A stretch of 28,295 bases of DNA from a virus (lineage: Duplodnaviria; Caudoviricetes), in the IMG/VR virus record IMGVR_UViG_3300044724_009130, positions 1 through 28,295 of that record, one strand, 5' to 3'. Below are positions 25,175 to 28,295 of this stretch, piece after piece (the stretch's first letter is position 1; the number at the start of each line of letters is the position of its first letter). The notes under the pieces are model-generated. The model was not told the origin of the DNA and did no database searches. It was given only the letters and a program-made list of their open reading frames with translations. Position numbers and translations under genes: made by a program.

Positions 25175-25805
25175 ATGATTCACCATAATTATGTTTTGCT
25201 AAACAACCAGCTTCTTTCTGTATTGTTGTAAAGCTGTCTGCTGCAAGACAGACCCAAGGATAATATTCTTCAAGAAATGGAAAGTTATCAACATGTAAAA
25301 ATACGTCTGTTGGTCCACCGTGGGTTTTAGCTTTTTTAATAAGCTTTCCTGCACCTTCAGGATTAACCATATATCCATGCGCGCCACCAAAGTATTTCTT
25401 TTGTACTAATCCATCTACACCTAATTTCATAGGGGTATTAAATTTTCCGTATGATGGTTTAGAAAATGTCATACAACCTTTAAATTTTTCATTGACTGGT
25501 ACTTCACCTGTTAATATAGCATCATGTTCAAAGATAACAATTGTTTCTTTTTCTTTTACAGACATCTCCCATAACGAATGATGTGATAGAAATGCCGCCA
25601 TACAATTATCAGGTCGGGAATATCTTTCATGGAAAAACGACGGTTGAATTCCCTTTGTATGAAGAATAAGATGAGGATTATCTTTTGGAGTTGTTGCGGG
25701 ATGATGTTCTACGTGTAATCCATATTTCTCTGCAGACTTCATGCAACGCATTGCTGCCTGTACAGACTTATGGTTATCCATTATTGTAATTACAAATGCT
25801 TTCAT
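25155..25805 (-). CDS. Glycosyltransferase family 25-like
   Basis: MKAFVI, AFLSHHSLW, IFEHDA and GAHGYMVNPEGA motifs. Confidence 0.82.
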   Translation of the reverse strand: MKAFVITIMDNHKSVQAAMRCMKSAEKYGLHVEHHPATTPKDNPHLILHTKGIQPSFFHERYSRPDNCMAAFLSHHSLWEMSVKEKETIVIFEHDAILTGEVPVNEKFKGCMTFSKPSYGKFNTPMKLGVDGLVQKKYFGGAHGYMVNPEGAGKLIKKAKTHGGPTDVFLHVDNFPFLEEYYPWVCLAADSFTTIQKEAGCLAKHNYGESYVIEKV

Positions 25806-26383
25806 TTTTTCTCACAGACTAAAACGTATCCCTTTTCTCTACCACGGAATTCGTCTACTATGTTCATATCAGCTTTATCTATCATATCAATTAACTCTTG
25901 TTTTTCTATTTTAAGAGGATCTGTTCTATTTGATATATGATTCTTTGCTTGTACTGTATGTTCTAAAAATAATCTTCCAGAATCGTTTAATTGATCTTTC
26001 CATACTTTAAGAGTTTCAAATGGGGTAATACTATGATCAAATGAATTACTATAAACAATATCAAAGGAGTTAATCCATTCTTCTTTTACCATATTAAAAT
26101 CGTGCTGCACAGTCATAGGAAATTCTTCAGCATTTGTACTTACTTCAGATCCTATAATATATGAATCTTTTAAAAGATCTAGAAAATACTTTTGTTCATT
26201 AGCATTTCTTGTACCATGACAAAGAACTCTTTTGGCATCTTTTTTTCGTTCTACAATATTTTTTATAACATTCGGACGAACATAAGACTGGCCAGTTTTA
26301 ATAATCCTATCTATTTTTTTAAGATTACCTTCTATCTGAGCTTGGATATAATCTTCATAATCTTTGTATTTAAATATTTCCAT
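25802..26383 (-). CDS. SAM-dependent methyltransferase-like (start revised to 26383)
   Basis: VLCHGTRN, FDIVYSNSFDH and LNDSGRLFL motifs; GAGGT SD ahead of MEIFKY. Confidence 0.7.
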   Translation of the reverse strand: MEIFKYKDYEDYIQAQIEGNLKKIDRIIKTGQSYVRPNVIKNIVERKKDAKRVLCHGTRNANEQKYFLDLLKDSYIIGSEVSTNAEEFPMTVQHDFNMVKEEWINSFDIVYSNSFDHSITPFETLKVWKDQLNDSGRLFLEHTVQAKNHISNRTDPLKIEKQELIDMIDKADMNIVDEFRGREKGYVLVCEKK

Positions 26384-26385
26384 AT

Positions 26386-27081
26386 TTACCTCGAAGTAGT
26401 AGAAGGTGTTCCCTGAACTTCTGTATAGAACTTCTTTGTTACACCTAATGAAGGAATAAGTTGTTTGCACATAATAGCATCATTAGGCCATAGTCCATGG
26501 TCTTCAACTAGTCTAAGCATTTGTCTAGCACCCTTTGGCATAATTATATATGCAGAGTTACCGGCAAGGCCTTGTGGTACTTCAAAGCTGTCAATATTTG
26601 GTACTGGTTGTATTTCTTTCGAATTGTCGTCAATTAACTGTTTAAATAGGTTTGCCTTCCGAGTGGCAAATAATGGATTATTAATGCCGATAATAAAAAA
26701 TCTTTCGTTTTCGAATACATTATTGTCTAATCGGGATATAAATTTAGAATCATGTTCTAAAATAAGATATGGTTCAGCATCATTATAACAATTTTTCCAT
26801 AAATTATAATGACTCAAAGAACAAGCGATTCTAGCTTGTCTATTTACGGTAGGATAAGCAGTCTTCTTTAAACCTGTTTTAAAATCGAATACAGATCCTT
26901 CCCATGGATAGTTCCATTCCAGGCGGTAATCTCTCATCATTTTGTTTATCTGGCGAGGTACTATTGCATCGAATCTTTGAATCTCAAAAGAATTACCCAC
27001 GACTTTGCTACTATCAATACATATATCAGCAGCACGTTGGGATACTTCGTGATCTGGGATTGCTATTACAAATGCCTTCAA
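26386..27081 (-). CDS. Glycosyltransferase family 25-like
   Basis: MKAFVI, IACSLSHYNLW, ILEHD and GNSAYIIMPKGA motifs. Confidence 0.85.
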   Translation of the reverse strand: MKAFVIAIPDHEVSQRAADICIDSSKVVGNSFEIQRFDAIVPRQINKMMRDYRLEWNYPWEGSVFDFKTGLKKTAYPTVNRQARIACSLSHYNLWKNCYNDAEPYLILEHDSKFISRLDNNVFENERFFIIGINNPLFATRKANLFKQLIDDNSKEIQPVPNIDSFEVPQGLAGNSAYIIMPKGARQMLRLVEDHGLWPNDAIMCKQLIPSLGVTKKFYTEVQGTPSTTSR

Positions 27082-27605
27082 GGTTTACGTCCTACAAATA
27101 CATGATCTGCCCAACGTCTAGATCTTTCATCAGGTTGTTCTCTATCGACATAATCTGCAACTGTTTCCAAACCAGCTTCTTCAGCAATAGCTTGGAATGC
27201 ATCATCCATAAATCTCCAACAGTCAATTGAGTCGTGGTACTTACCAGCAGATGGGGCAATAAGAATAATATATCCGCCAGACTTAAGTACACGGGTCATT
27301 TCAATAACACTACGGAATGGGTTCTTTACATGCTCAAGTACCTGACCACATACTACAAGATCAATAGATCCTTCTTCAAACGGTAATTCATAATCACCCG
27401 GCATAACGTGTGTAACATTTGGGCCGTTTTGAATATCTGCAATATAGTAATCTTTTACTACATCTTTAAACATTTGTTTATATGATCTATCTTGACCAGG
27501 CTTAATATCTCTACCACCAACGTCAAGAATCGTAATACCTTCTTTTAATCTAGATCCTAATAAATCTCTAGATCTTTGCATATTAATACGGGATGATGGA
27601 TGCAT
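27078..27605 (-). CDS. Class I SAM-dependent methyltransferase (type 11-like)
   Basis: ILDVGG, DLVVCGQVLEHV, RVLKSGG and DCWRF motifs. Confidence 0.9.
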   Translation of the reverse strand: MHPSSRINMQRSRDLLGSRLKEGITILDVGGRDIKPGQDRSYKQMFKDVVKDYYIADIQNGPNVTHVMPGDYELPFEEGSIDLVVCGQVLEHVKNPFRSVIEMTRVLKSGGYIILIAPSAGKYHDSIDCWRFMDDAFQAIAEEAGLETVADYVDREQPDERSRRWADHVFVGRKP

Positions 27606-28204
27606 TATTCTGGTATCCTTATTTCAAATTGTACTGCGCCATGCTGTTTAATCTTAAAGTTATGCTTTTCTTTAAATTCTTTTACTGCCTTTGTAACACC
27701 AGGCTTGCCAAATCTTTGTCCCCATTTATAATCATCACCAAGAATCATCCCACCAGGTCTAACAATCTTAAGAGAATTTTCTAGATCTGCTTGTACACCT
27801 TCATATGAATGTGAACCATCTAAATAGATCCAATCAAGCTTATCCCCATCAAACTTTTCAAAGAACTCGTCTGATGTTTTCCTACAGACAGTTACGTTTT
27901 CATAGGGATCAAATCTACGCATAACATCTTCATATACTTTTTCATAGTATTCCTGAAAGCCTTCTTCGGTATTTGATTTTGTTACCTTTTCATATCTACT
28001 TAAATATTCATCCCACTCAAATTCAGTAGATCCTTTATATGGCTCTACACTCCATGGATCTACTAGATATAAATGCTTAAGGTTTTTCATAAAAAAGTTA
28101 TATGACGTGTTACCCCACCATACTCCGACTTCTGCGCCAATCGTATCTGGTTGAATAAGGTGCATAATATGATGCGAATCCTTATTGATTCTACTTCCCA
28201 TCAT
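27605..28204 (-). CDS. Class I SAM-dependent methyltransferase (Methyltransf_24-like); start probably 28204
   Basis: GAEVGVWWG, LVDPW, DWIYLDGSHSYEGV and PGGMILGDDY motifs. Confidence 0.88.
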   Translation of the reverse strand: MMGSRINKDSHHIMHLIQPDTIGAEVGVWWGNTSYNFFMKNLKHLYLVDPWSVEPYKGSTEFEWDEYLSRYEKVTKSNTEEGFQEYYEKVYEDVMRRFDPYENVTVCRKTSDEFFEKFDGDKLDWIYLDGSHSYEGVQADLENSLKIVRPGGMILGDDYKWGQRFGKPGVTKAVKEFKEKHNFKIKQHGAVQFEIRIPE

Positions 28205-28295
28205 TGTGTTAGTCTCCAATAATTTTTCTGTGCACTTGTATCAAAATCAAATCCCCAGGCATCAATGTCTTTTTTGTACCAATCAGCAACGATTT
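28201..28295 (-). CDS. C-terminal fragment of a probable sulfotransferase (Sulfotransfer_2-like)
   Basis: Reads IVADWYKKDIDAWGFDFDTSAQKNYWRLTQ*. VxxxYxxDxxxxGxxF is the typical C-terminal motif. Only about 30 aa are visible. Confidence 0.55.
   Translation of the reverse strand, partial: IVADWYKKDIDAWGFDFDTSAQKNYWRLTQ

Noticed and set aside
1-28295. CRISPR array, introns, inteins, homing endonucleases, transposases
   Set aside because: No regularly spaced repeats or diagnostic motifs were seen. gp4 is TnsA-like in fold but is the standard head completion protein.

Overview
The window is a segment of an AT-rich T4-like myovirus genome (Tevenvirinae-superfamily gene set, resembling marine T4-like phages). 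Bases 1-12.5 kb (minus strand) hold a late baseplate operon: gp48, gp53, gp27-like, a gp5 split into separate genes, gp25, gp6, gp7-like, gp9/10-like and the start of gp8. Bases 12.5-17.1 kb (plus strand) carry gp4, gp2, gp54-like, gp26, a start-less gp51-like ORF and the tape measure. Bases 17.2-23.9 kb (minus strand) carry gp32, gp33, many small early genes behind five copies of one sigma70-type promoter, and three tRNAs. Bases 23.9-28.3 kb (minus strand) are a glycosyltransferase/methyltransferase/sulfotransferase cluster. The strongest unannotated signal is a candidate programmed -1 frameshift fusing gp26 to the gp51-like ORF directly upstream of the tape measure, like lambda G/GT. It has a T_TTT_TTC slippery site, an upstream SD-like sequence and an 11-bp stem starting 5 nt downstream. 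Other candidates are two apparently catalytically dead peptidoglycan-hydrolase folds in the split gp5 locus, structured non-coding RNAs (after gp32 and inside the tRNA cluster), a stand-alone LigA domain-Ia-like protein, and Asp-Ser-rich baseplate proteins that could be substrates of the glycosylation cluster. All family calls come from motif recognition by eye; no searches were run.
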